This document shows, piece by piece, positions 55,754 to 64,000 of a stretch of DNA of 64,000 bases; position 1 is the first letter of the stretch, and each line of letters starts with the position of its first letter. A program made the position numbers and the translations under genes. The notes beneath the pieces were generated by a model. The model saw only the letters and a program-made list of their open reading frames with translations, was not told where the DNA came from and searched no databases. Source of the DNA: an uncultured delta proteobacterium. GTDB taxonomy: Bacteria > Myxococcota_A > Polyangia > Polyangiales > JAFGIB01. The DNA is taken from contig CAVZVA010000010.1 of assembly GCA_963778655.1 (NCBI GenBank), positions 141,134 through 205,133 on the forward strand, read 5' to 3'.

Positions 55754-55989
55754 TGGCACAGACCGGCCGCGCTAAGACCGCGTCTCGATGGGCAGGTGCA
55801 CCCGCCGGTCAGAAAGAAGGCTCTCCTGACGCATGAGTGGGCGCGCGTTGCGTGAGTGGGGCGCGGGAAGTGGCTTGAAAAGCAGGGGGCTGCGAGGGGC
55901 ACGAGCCCGTCGGCGGGGCCGGATTTCAGGCGCATGGCGAGGGCGGGGTACCTTCGGGTTGCGACACCAACGGAGGTCCGCCACCCGCC

Positions 55990-56410
55990 ATGCAATTGAC
56001 GAAGGTACTGACGATCATCCTGGGAATGAAGTGCGTTCGAGCCCGAGGTTGCCAATTCGAGGAGGACACCCTGGTGATCCAGGTCGCGCCCACCACGCGG
56101 GTCGCCCGGTGCGGCGGCTGCGGGTGCCGCTGCCGGCGGCTGTACGATCGTCGGCCCGATCGTCGCTGGCGGCACCTGGACCTCGGAGGCATGCGGGTCG
56201 AGCTGAGCTACGACCTGCGCCGTGTGGACTGCACCCGCTGCGGCGTGTGCACCGAGCTCGTGCCCTGGGCCGAGCCCGACTCGGCGTTCACGCGCCCCTT
56301 CGAGCAGCAGGTCGCCTACCTGGCGCAACGCATGGACAAGAGCGCGGTCGTCGAGAGCATCGTCGAGCGCGTGGTCAAGCGGCTCAGTCCCGATGACCGG
56401 CTCAGCGGAC
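55990..56410 (+). pseudogene. ISL3-family transposase N-terminal fragment, cut by IS21
   Basis: RCGGCGCRCRRLYDRRPDRRWRHLDLGGMRVELSYDLRRVDCTRCGVCTELVPWAEPDSAFT (zf-ISL3). Homology stops at ...RLSGLRT, where the IS21 end begins. Confidence 0.7.
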
Positions 56411-56516
56411 TGCGCACGATGCGCATACCGCGCATCGTGATCACCTGGATCGGCGCATCGTGACCGCCGCGATCGGGCATCGTGATCGGGTCGGAGCGAA
56501 GCGACGGGTTGTGGGT

Positions 56517-57260
56517 TCAGGCGGCGGTTTGAGCTTTCTCCTTTCGACGTGAGGGACCCTTCATCTTGATCTTGTGTGCGTTGTGGACGAGGCGGTCGAG
56601 GACGGCGTCGGCGATGGTGGGATGGGCGATGTAGTCGTGCCAGTTTTCGACGGGAAGTTGGCTGGTCACGATGGTGGAGCGAGCGCCATGGCGGTCCTCG
56701 AGAATCTCCAGGACGTCGCGGCGTTGCTGGTCGGCCAGCGGTGCCAGGCCCCAGTCGTCGAGGATGAGGACATCGACCTTGGCGAGCCGGGCGAGCAGGC
56801 GGACGTAGGTGCCGTCGGCGTGAGCCAGACCGAGCTCCTCGAAGAGCCGCGGGACGCGCTTGTAGGCGACGCGGAAGCCCAAGCGGCAGGCCAGCTGGCC
56901 GAGCGCACAGCCGAGATAGCTTTTGCCCACGCCGGTCATCCCGGTGATGAGCAAGTTGGTGTGCTCGCCGATCCAGCGCCCGGTCGCGAGCTGGCGCAAG
57001 AGCGGCTTGTCGAGCTCGCGCTTGGGGCTGAGGTCGACGTCCTCCATGCAGGCGCCGGGAATGCGGAGCTTGGCGTCGTGCAGCAGCTTCTGCAGGCGCT
57101 TGTTGTCGCGGGCGAGCGTCTCGGCCTCGACCAGCAGCGCCAGCCGCTCGTCGAAGCTGAGCTCGGCCGCTGAAGGGTCCTCGCGCTGGGCGATCCAGGC
57201 GGTGGCCATGGTGTAGAGCTTGAGGGTGCGGAGTTTGTCGAGCGTGGGTTCGGTCATCAT
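56517..57260 (-). CDS. istB: IS21 helper ATPase IstB
   Basis: Start MMTEPTLDKL. Walker A GMTGVGKS, Walker B VLILDDWG. 247 aa. Confidence 0.9.
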   Translation of the reverse strand: MMTEPTLDKLRTLKLYTMATAWIAQREDPSAAELSFDERLALLVEAETLARDNKRLQKLLHDAKLRIPGACMEDVDLSPKRELDKPLLRQLATGRWIGEHTNLLITGMTGVGKSYLGCALGQLACRLGFRVAYKRVPRLFEELGLAHADGTYVRLLARLAKVDVLILDDWGLAPLADQQRRDVLEILEDRHGARSTIVTSQLPVENWHDYIAHPTIADAVLDRLVHNAHKIKMKGPSRRKEKAQTAA

Positions 57261-57283
57261 CGTGGCTGTTGTCCTTTCTCGAT

Positions 57284-58828
57284 TCAGTTCACGAAGTAAT
57301 CGGGGCCGCGCACGTTGTCGTGCTCGACCGGAGCCTGCGCCACGTCGGCCTCGAGCGTCGGCTGCGAGTCCAGGCCCAGCCGCAGCACGGACTCGACGCT
57401 GCGGTAGGAGCGGGCGTGAGCCGCGAAGCAGCGCGCGCAGGCGTTCTCGACGCGGCCATCGCCGTACTTCTTGGCCAGGCGCAGAATGCCCAGGCACGAG
57501 CGAAAGCCCTGCTCGGGGTGCGGCCGGTCGGCCAAGATCGCGCTGCAGAGGGCGTGCGTCGAGGGGCCCAGCGTTTCTGCCCACGACAGAATGCGCGACG
57601 GCGTCCACTCTGCGTGCTGGCGGTGAGCGCTCGGCATGTGCGCGGGGACCGTCGCGTAGCGGTCGCGACCCTGGCGCTGGTGCAACGCGACGCGGCGGCC
57701 GCGCAACTGGACCTCGACCATGGTGGCCGTCGCGCACAGCCAGACCTCTTCGCCGACGTAGCGATGCGGCACCGAGTACAAGCGCTCGCCGAAGGCGACG
57801 TGGTAGTCGATGTTGACCGTGGCCTTCTTCCACTCGGTGATCTCGTAGCGGTCGACCGGCAGCGGCAGCAGCTGCGCTCGCTCCGTCGCCTCGAACAACT
57901 CGAGCCGGCTCTTGCCGTACTCGCGCATCGTTCGCCGGTTGAGGTCGTGCAGGCACTGCGCGATCGCTTCGTTGAGCGCCGCCAGGGTGTGAAACACCCG
58001 GTTGCGCAGCCGCGCCAGGATCCAGCGCTGCGCGACCTGCACCCCGACCTCGACCTTGGCCTTGTGCCGAGGCTTGCCCTTGTGCGCCGGCAGCACCGCG
58101 GTGCCGTAGTGCAGCGCCATGTGCTCGTAGCTACGCTGCACCGTCGGTTCGTAGAAGCACGCCCGGGTCACCCCGCTCTTGAGGTTGTCGGGAACGAGCG
58201 CGCGGGCGACGCCGCCGAAGAACGAGAACGCCCGAACGTGGCTGCCCACGAAGTCGGTCACCTGCTGGCTGTACGTCGCCTCCGCGTATGTGTAGCTCGA
58301 TGCCCCCAGCACCGCGACGAACAGCTCGACCTCGATCACTTCGCCCGTCACCGGGTCGACCAGCGTCGGCTTCTTGCCCGAGTAGTCGACGAACATCTTG
58401 TCGCCGGCGATGTGGTGCTGGCGCATCACCAGCCCGCGACGCTTGAGAAACTCCCGGTAGCGGTCACAGAACGCCGTGTACTGGTAGCCGCCGGGGTTGG
58501 CCTCCAGGTACTCCAGGTGCAGCAGTTGCAGCGTCACCCCCGGCCGCGCGCGCTCGCGGTGGATCCACGCGCAGTCCGGCTCCGGCCGCGCGATCAGCGC
58601 CGCCGCTGCGCTCTCGGGGTACAGCGCCGCCTCGAGCTCAGCCTCGCCAAGCTGCCGCGCCTGGCCGTACGTGCTCAGCCCGGCGGTCGCCGCGCGCCGC
58701 AGCACGTTGACCACCGTCGCCGGGCTGACTCCAGCGCTGCGCGCCACCCGCCGGTTCGACAGCCGCAGCTCCCACTTCAGTCGTAGAATCTCCAGTACCT
58801 TGCGCATGGGCAGTCGCTCGTTCGCCAT
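57284..58828 (-). CDS. istA: IS21 transposase IstA
   Basis: N-terminal HTH MRKVLEILRLKWELRLSNRRVARSAGVSPATV, DDE core. 514 aa. Confidence 0.9.
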   Translation of the reverse strand: MANERLPMRKVLEILRLKWELRLSNRRVARSAGVSPATVVNVLRRAATAGLSTYGQARQLGEAELEAALYPESAAAALIARPEPDCAWIHRERARPGVTLQLLHLEYLEANPGGYQYTAFCDRYREFLKRRGLVMRQHHIAGDKMFVDYSGKKPTLVDPVTGEVIEVELFVAVLGASSYTYAEATYSQQVTDFVGSHVRAFSFFGGVARALVPDNLKSGVTRACFYEPTVQRSYEHMALHYGTAVLPAHKGKPRHKAKVEVGVQVAQRWILARLRNRVFHTLAALNEAIAQCLHDLNRRTMREYGKSRLELFEATERAQLLPLPVDRYEITEWKKATVNIDYHVAFGERLYSVPHRYVGEEVWLCATATMVEVQLRGRRVALHQRQGRDRYATVPAHMPSAHRQHAEWTPSRILSWAETLGPSTHALCSAILADRPHPEQGFRSCLGILRLAKKYGDGRVENACARCFAAHARSYRSVESVLRLGLDSQPTLEADVAQAPVEHDNVRGPDYFVN

Positions 58829-58936
58829 CCCGCTCCTCCTTCGAAGACGGGACCTGCTCGAGCCCTTCTGCCGTCGCCTGCTCCGCCTCGCCGGCCGCGA
58901 GTCTGCACGCTCCGCGACCCGTCCCTACCTGGGAGC

Positions 58937-59117
58937 GATCACGATGCCGCGATCTGGCCGATCACGACCCCGATCTGGGCGATCACGATGCCGATCTGGG
59001 CGATCACGATGCCGCGATCCGGCCGATCACGATGCCGCGATCTGGCCGATCACGATGCCGCGATCTGAGCGATCACGATGCCGCGATCTGAGCGATCACG
59101 ATCGCGCGGTGCGCGCA
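58937..59117. repeat. eight tandem ~23-bp repeats at the istA-proximal IS21 end
   Basis: GATCACGATGCCGCGATCTGGC(C) and variants start at 58937, 58960, 58981, 59002, 59025, 59048, 59071 and 59094. Contiguous, with no spacers. Confidence 0.85.
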
Positions 59118-59623
59118 GCAAGCTCCGGGTGGCGTTCAAGAAGCCCTGGCGTGACGGCACCCAGGCCGTCGTGCTCACACCGATGGACTTCATCGCGCGG
59201 CTGTGCGCGATCGTGCCCCCGCCTCGCATGCACTTGACCAGGTTCCACGGCGTGCTCGCGCCAGCTGCCAGGCTCCGGGCCGAGGTGGTGCCGGTCCCCG
59301 CCCACGACCCCGAGCTCGACACGCCACAGCAGCTGTCGCTGTTCGATGCCAAAGGGCACAGGCCCGCGCCGCCCGCGGAGGCCGAGCCGCCGGCGCGACA
59401 ACCGGGACGTCGCCCGTGGGCGTGGCTCTTGCGTCACGTGTTCGCGCTCGACCTCACCGTCTGCGATCGCTGCCAGGGGCGCATGCGCATCGTCGAGATC
59501 GCCCTCAGCAGCGACGCCATCGCCCGCGTGCTCGCCCGTCACGGCCTCGGTCCCCAGCCGCCGCCGGTGCCGCAAACGCCCATGCCCGGACAGCTGGGGT
59601 TACCGGGCGTGCCCATGCACTGA
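59118..59623 (+). pseudogene. IS91-family transposase C-terminal fragment (different copy)
   Basis: RVAFKKPWRDGTQAVVLTPMDFIARLCAIVPPPRMHLTRFHGVLAPAA...VCDRCQGRMRIV parallels the C-terminus of 54143-55753 but is divergent. Confidence 0.7.
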
Positions 59624-60440
59624 CACCAGCCCCACCGTTGCGCTCGCCTCACCCGAGCCGAGGGTTCGCTGCGCCCGAGCACCGCCACAACGACCGCCGA
59701 TGTCTCTTCACCCTCATCCAAGTGCCCCGGGCTCCGACGCCAAGCAGCCGACCGCCTCCCCCCCGACCCCTCGCCACGGCTCCACCCGCTCCCCCACCCT
59801 GCCGTTTTCCAGCATTGTTTGTCCTTGGACGGGTGCCACCTGTGGCCTCGGTTGCATACCTATATAGCCACATCGCTTGATATCTGTATGCCCCGTTTTG
59901 CTCCCACGACTGGTCCTTCTTGCCACCCGCGACATGTTCGGTTGGATCCGATTCTAGGAATCCCGAGTTGACCCATCCTTCCCAATGCCGGGCCTCGTGT
60001 ACCAGTGTTGCAGCTCGGTCTGATACGGTGGAAAAGAAGAACTTCGGGACGTAGGTCTCAACTCTCTTGGTGCCCCCTGTCTTAGGCTATGCCCCCTCGG
60101 AGCATCTACTTGGAGCCATGGCCCATCGAGGCCCAGCTAGGAGAATGGTGCCCGCTTCCTCAAGCGGGATGCCGAACACGGCTCCTCCTTGCCATCAGCA
60201 CGGACTCGTCCACAGCAATCAGCAAGACGCCGCGCATCGCTCGGTCGCCGCATCCAACACGCGTGTCGCGGGCCGGACCGAGCCGCAACGCCAAGCTGTG
60301 ACTGGAAACCGACCGCCCGATGTCGGGGCGGCATCGGAAACGCGGACGTCCGCCCTCGACTTCTCCCCCGCTAGGAGGAGATCACGATCGGATCGCCATG
60401 TCGATCCGTCTACCGCGAAAAAATGCCGGGGGCTGAACGG

Positions 60441-61148
60441 TTACAATGAGCCGGTCTGAGACTTAGGAATCTCCAGTCCTCTACTCTTGAGCCCGTTGGT
60501 GTCAAAGCAAATGTTGCTGCCGATGCGAGCCCACCAGAGACAAACTTGGGTGCCCTGTGGACCCGGGACGCACGAACTCGCACCCGCGTCCTTCGGCGGC
60601 GGACAACATTCCGCATCAGTACGACAAGAAAAGCAAACGTGATCCATGCAGACGAATCCGTTGCATATGTTGTTGAACTTTGGGTCCATCTGAGGCAGGG
60701 GGTCTCCGGGTTCGTAACAGAACTGACCGAGCATTCCACCAACGTAGGCTGTTCCGCCTCGACCCTTGTTCACGCACCGGTCGCGATCGCAGAACGCGTC
60801 GCCACCGCAGTTACCGCAGCCCTCATCGAACATGCGCGGAGGACCTAGCTCATCTTGAGTTGGCGGCTGATTAAACTGGATGATGTCTGGCCCCGAGAAG
60901 TCGAATGCCGCATCTGGTTGGGTCGGCTGGATGACAGAACCATCCATACATCCGGGCGCCTGCGTGAGTCCGCGAGCCTTGTCTCCGACGCATCCGTCCT
61001 TCGACTCGGCCGCCGCGTCCTTTTGGCTATTGGCGGAATGCGCCGCCGTTCCACTTGCCCCAGAGCAACTGACGGCGATTACGGCGAGGACGGATGCGGC
61101 CCCAATTTGCGCTGGACGATTCCGCTGTATAATCCCCCGGATCCCCAC
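60441..61148 (-). CDS. Cys-rich lipoprotein (17 Cys), coupled to the upstream neprosin-domain gene
   Basis: GTG 61148 lies 2 nt after the upstream stop. (M)GIRGIIQRNRPAQIGAASVLAVIAVSC lipobox. ORF-track start ATG 61178 would overlap by 28 nt. Confidence 0.6.
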   Translation of the reverse strand: MGIRGIIQRNRPAQIGAASVLAVIAVSCSGASGTAAHSANSQKDAAAESKDGCVGDKARGLTQAPGCMDGSVIQPTQPDAAFDFSGPDIIQFNQPPTQDELGPPRMFDEGCGNCGGDAFCDRDRCVNKGRGGTAYVGGMLGQFCYEPGDPLPQMDPKFNNICNGFVCMDHVCFSCRTDAECCPPPKDAGASSCVPGPQGTQVCLWWARIGSNICFDTNGLKSRGLEIPKSQTGSL

Positions 61149-61150
61149 GC

Positions 61151-62398
61151 TTAGTTGTCCGTGGTGCAATTTGGCCAATTATAGCCAGGTCCGCCTAGGG
61201 CGAACCAGTCATTCCAAACACCATCATTCTGCCGTCCGTAGGTGTTGTCATAGCACGAAAAATTCGAGGTGAGGAAATTGTACGAGTTGTTGTAGAAAGG
61301 GTCCCAAGTCGATGCATCGGGGCTCGTCACGAGATCTCGGATGTAGGCAGCGGAACCAACCCCAGCCGCAACAAACTGCCCACTCCCCATGTCGGTGGCG
61401 GTCATGACGTGGGACGCGTCTTGGGCATCGGCCACCTCACCGTACCAGCTCGCCGTGGCGATTCCACCTGCGAGACCATCAAATGTCGTCCCAGCGTTTG
61501 GATCATAGTATGTCGCCGGCACAGCGCCGATCCATTCATCGCCCCACCACACGTAATACCAGCCGGGCTGGGCGAGAACGCCAGTGAGCGCTTCTACCTG
61601 GTTTCCCCCAAGAACGCTTGCAGGCAATACCATGCCTGGCGCTTTAGTTGAGGAGATCTGATACCAGCCGTTGCATCCGCTGTTCCAACAAGAGGTCTGG
61701 TAGCCGTCTGGGGTTAAAAACAAAAAGAGGTGGGTCGAGGAGTCCTGGAAGAGCTGAGGCTGTACCATCCAGCCGACCTCCAACGTGTCCTTCAGGCCGT
61801 CTGCACCGACGTTTGCCGCGGCGAACTGCATCAGCGACATTCGGCCCGGTTCGGTGGCATCAAGCACGGGATTCCAGATGTTTAGGAATGCGGCCGTGCC
61901 CCAGAATGATCCGAAGGCGGTCACCTGCTGGTAGTGTCTGCAGTATCCGGGTGAATTGGGCGGGCAAATTGCGGGATCGGGATTGTTCACAGACGCGAAG
62001 AAGTCGTTGAGCGTCGTCGCTTTGGTCGAAACGTAGTCGGCATCAGGCCGCCAACGTGGAACGGTACCGTTGGGTCCCGTGAGTTGGGCATTGACTCCCA
62101 TGAGCAACCGTTCCATTTCCGGTGTCATAACTTCAGCGCGGGTCTTCCCCTCGAGTTCCCACAACGGCGGTGGCAGTGGAGGCGGCGTGACCCCGTCGGG
62201 AAGCTGCGATTCCGGCTTTACCCAGTCGAACAACTGGCCGCGACTTCGTTGCTTGCCGGCGACGATGTCCAGGTTCGCGCGATCGGCGTCGATGGCGGCT
62301 TCAATGCGTGCGCCACGCGAACTCTGCGATCCAGAAATCGTTAGCGCCTCTGCCTGCGCCTGCGGTGGCGCCTGATCTTGTGCGTTTTCACGCTCCAT
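61151..62398 (-). CDS. neprosin (DUF239) domain peptidase-like protein, 5' end severed by IS3
   Basis: LEVGWMVQPQLFQDSSTHLFLFLTPDGYQTSCWNSGCNGWYQ, WYYVWWGDEWIGAVP, ASWYGEV, TATDMGSGQF follow the neprosin-domain pattern. The remaining ORF starts at an internal Met without a signal peptide. Confidence 0.7.
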   Translation of the reverse strand: MERENAQDQAPPQAQAEALTISGSQSSRGARIEAAIDADRANLDIVAGKQRSRGQLFDWVKPESQLPDGVTPPPLPPPLWELEGKTRAEVMTPEMERLLMGVNAQLTGPNGTVPRWRPDADYVSTKATTLNDFFASVNNPDPAICPPNSPGYCRHYQQVTAFGSFWGTAAFLNIWNPVLDATEPGRMSLMQFAAANVGADGLKDTLEVGWMVQPQLFQDSSTHLFLFLTPDGYQTSCWNSGCNGWYQISSTKAPGMVLPASVLGGNQVEALTGVLAQPGWYYVWWGDEWIGAVPATYYDPNAGTTFDGLAGGIATASWYGEVADAQDASHVMTATDMGSGQFVAAGVGSAAYIRDLVTSPDASTWDPFYNNSYNFLTSNFSCYDNTYGRQNDGVWNDWFALGGPGYNWPNCTTDN

Positions 62399-62457
62399 TA
62401 CACATCCTGCACACCCTGGAATTCCCCCGATTTCTTGGACAAGTTCAATGAGGCACT

Positions 62458-62781
62458 ATGCGTCCAGAAATCATGCCAAAGAAGCGACAAGGAAAACGCC
62501 GGAAGTTCACCAGCGAGTACAAGGCGGAGGTGGTTCGGCTGTGCCAGCAGCCGGGCAGCACGCCGTTCGCGGTTGCCCGAGAGCTTGGCCTGACGGCAAG
62601 CGCGGTGACCAACTGGGTTCGTCAAGCGACCGTGGATGCCGGCGGCGGCGGCTCGGGTCCGCTGACGACGGCGGAGCGAGAGGAGCTGGCGGCGCTTCGG
62701 CGTGAAAACCGAGTGCTGCGACAGGAACGCGAGATTCTGAAACGGGCCACCGCTTTTTTCGCCAAGGAGGGCACGTCGTGA
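62458..62781 (+). CDS. IS3 transposase OrfA (HTH)
   Basis: [44 protein letters not shown], with a leucine-zipper-like tail. Confidence 0.85.
   Translation: MRPEIMPKKRQGKRRKFTSEYKAEVVRLCQQPGSTPFAVARELGLTASAVTNWVRQATVDAGGGGSGPLTTAEREELAALRRENRVLRQEREILKRATAFFAKEGTS
62754..62760 (+). promoter_or_regulatory. candidate -1 programmed frameshift heptamer T TTT TTC (OrfA to OrfAB)
   Basis: X XXY YYZ in the OrfA frame (GCT TTT TTC). The OrfB frame is open upstream of this point. Confidence 0.55.
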
Positions 62782-63656
62782 CCGCAGACGTGTACCGTTT
62801 GGCCGACGAGTCCAAGACGTCGGTCGCCGCGGTCTGTCGTGCGCTGCAGTTGCCACGCAGCACGGTGTATGCGCAACGGTCGCGCCCTGTGAGCGCACGG
62901 GCCCAGGAGACCGCACAGCTCGACGTCGAGATCACCGCGACCCATCTGCAAAGCAAGCGGCGCTACGGGAGCCCGCGCATTCACCGACACCTGCGGCGGC
63001 AAGGAAGACGCGTCAGCCGAAAACGCATCGAAGCGCGAATGAGGGCGCTGGGCTTGCGTGCCCGGTGTCCCAAGCGCTTCCGGCGCACGACCCAGGCCGA
63101 CAGCTCGCACGTCCCGGCGCCCAACCTGCTCGATCGCCGCTTCCGCTGGGACAGCCCCAATCGAGCATGGGTCGGCGATATCACCTACGTGTGGACCGCC
63201 CAGGGATGGAGCTACCTGGCGATCCTGGTGGACCTGTGCACGCGAGCCATCGTCGGCTGGGCCGTCAGCGACCGTTGCGACACGGCCCTGGCGCTGCGGG
63301 CTCTGCGGGCCGCCGTGGCTCGCCAGCGTCCTAGCCCAGGTCTGCTTCACCACACCGACCGCGGCTCGACGTACACGGCCGCGGACTACCGCGCGTGCCT
63401 TCGCAAGCTCGGCATGCAGGTCAGCATGAGTCGGAAAGGCAACTGCTGGGACAACGCCGTGGCGGAGTCGACCATTGGCACCATCAAAGCCGAGCTCTTT
63501 GGAGACCGGGTTCCGGGGAGCATCGACGAAGTCCGCTCCCTGCTGTTCCCGTATATCGAGGGCTTCTACAACCGATCCCGTCTTCATTCTTCAATCGACT
63601 ACATGACACCTGCGGAGAAAGAAGACATGACCTGTCACAGCGGAGCTGTGGCATAA
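62778..63656 (+). CDS. IS3 transposase OrfB (rve/DDE)
   Basis: [33 protein letters not shown] (D,D,E). In the -1 frame relative to OrfA. Confidence 0.85.
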   Translation: MTADVYRLADESKTSVAAVCRALQLPRSTVYAQRSRPVSARAQETAQLDVEITATHLQSKRRYGSPRIHRHLRRQGRRVSRKRIEARMRALGLRARCPKRFRRTTQADSSHVPAPNLLDRRFRWDSPNRAWVGDITYVWTAQGWSYLAILVDLCTRAIVGWAVSDRCDTALALRALRAAVARQRPSPGLLHHTDRGSTYTAADYRACLRKLGMQVSMSRKGNCWDNAVAESTIGTIKAELFGDRVPGSIDEVRSLLFPYIEGFYNRSRLHSSIDYMTPAEKEDMTCHSGAVA

Positions 63657-63687
63657 CAAAGCTGTCTACGAAATCGGGGGAGGCTCA

Positions 63688-63744
63688 CCCGAACGAAGGA
63701 AGAACCAACGTAGTGCAATAGAGAAAAGTTCTTGCAAGAGGCAT
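63688..63744 (-). pseudogene. displaced first 19 codons (signal peptide) of the neprosin-domain gene
   Basis: AAGGAG RBS 6 nt upstream of ATG 63744. MPLARTFLYCTTLVLPSFG runs straight into the IS3 right end. Confidence 0.55.
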
Positions 63745-64000
63745 GAGGCGCTCCTTAGTAGTGAGGTTGGGATTGGGTTGATCAGATTCGACACGCTCGG
63801 GCACGTTTCTGTCGTGTACCTCAGGGCCTACAAATGGCATTTTTTTCCAGTGGAGGCGGATGAATCGCGGTGGAGTGCAGGATGCTCTTGCGCGTGGTGC
63901 GACGAAGTGAAAGACCGATCGTGTGCGGGTTGCGCGCGGGTGGGAGTGCGTTTTGCCGTGGCTTCGACCGACCGCCTTGTGATGGTGGTGGAAGACGATC

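Larger units (their letters stand above)
56411..59117 (-). mobile_element. IS21-family insertion sequence (istA-istB), apparently intact
   Basis: Ends TGCGCACG... (56411) and ...GCGCGCA (59117) are inverted. Multiple GCATCGTGATC / GATCACGATGC subterminal repeats at both ends. Confidence 0.8.
62417..63687 (+). mobile_element. IS3-family insertion sequence with 3-bp target duplication (CCC)
   Basis: IRL TGGAATTCCCCCGATTTCTTGGACA versus reverse complement of IRR TGAGCCTCCCCCGATTTCGTAGACA. CCC at 62414-62416 and 63688-63690. Confidence 0.85.

Noticed and set aside
58937-59117. An array of eight ~23-bp direct repeats could be taken for a CRISPR array.
   Set aside because: The repeats are contiguous with no spacers. 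They lie inside the terminal region of an IS21 element, and inverted copies occur at the other IS end. They are therefore transposase-binding subterminal repeats.
59649-60082. A minus-strand ORF fragment contains HEARH (…AATLVHEARHWEGWVNSG…QSWEQNGAYRYQAMW…), suggestive of an HExxH metalloprotease relic downstream of the neprosin pair.
   Set aside because: It has no start codon, is bounded by a stop at about 60085, and its tail is low-complexity. A single HExxH match is too weak on its own. It is recorded only as possible debris of the low-GC islet.
63979-64000. A possible start of a response-regulator gene (…VMVVEDD) lies at the window end.
   Set aside because: Only about 7 codons are visible, which is too little to support a feature.

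Overview
Very GC-rich bacterial chromosomal window (codon third positions almost all G/C). Gly-rich lipoprotein linkers, DUF4215/EGF-type Cys-rich repeats and Mx8/Mx9-like integrase tails suggest Myxococcota, Sorangium-like; that assignment is inference only. About 0-8 kb and 25.8-33.3 kb look like ordinary chromosome: MOSC/flavin reductase, histidine kinase, disulfide oxidoreductase, DJ-1/PfpI, serine hydrolase, GH12 glucanase, and two YCII proteins plus a long ECF sigma factor. The rest is accessory and heavily decayed. (1) A tRNA-Gly(GCC) at 51231-51304 (-) heads a ~26 kb array of degenerate integrative elements. The array is delimited by four partial copies of the tRNA 3' half (48237, 45756, 33440, 25334), most of them next to integrase 3' remnants. 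It carries an AbiEi/AbiEii-like operon, a small-ORF plus nucleotidyltransferase pair, hicBA and a RelE/ParE-XRE pair. (2) Two internally deleted copies of one group II intron relic lie at 13988-14583 and 35723-36454; the second has readable domains V and VI. (3) An IS graveyard at 54-59.6 kb holds an IS91-family element, an ISL3 fragment, an intact IS21 with an 8-fold terminal repeat, and an IS91 fragment. (4) A lower-GC islet contains a neprosin-domain peptidase gene whose signal-peptide codons were split off by an IS3-family insertion with a 3-bp target duplication. (5) A doubled MITE-like repeat block lies at 8.9-9.75 kb. (6) There are more than 20 truncated or frameshifted gene fragments. 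No rRNA or CRISPR was seen. All calls were made by eye from the sequence and the ORF track; product names rest on recognisable motifs, not on searches.
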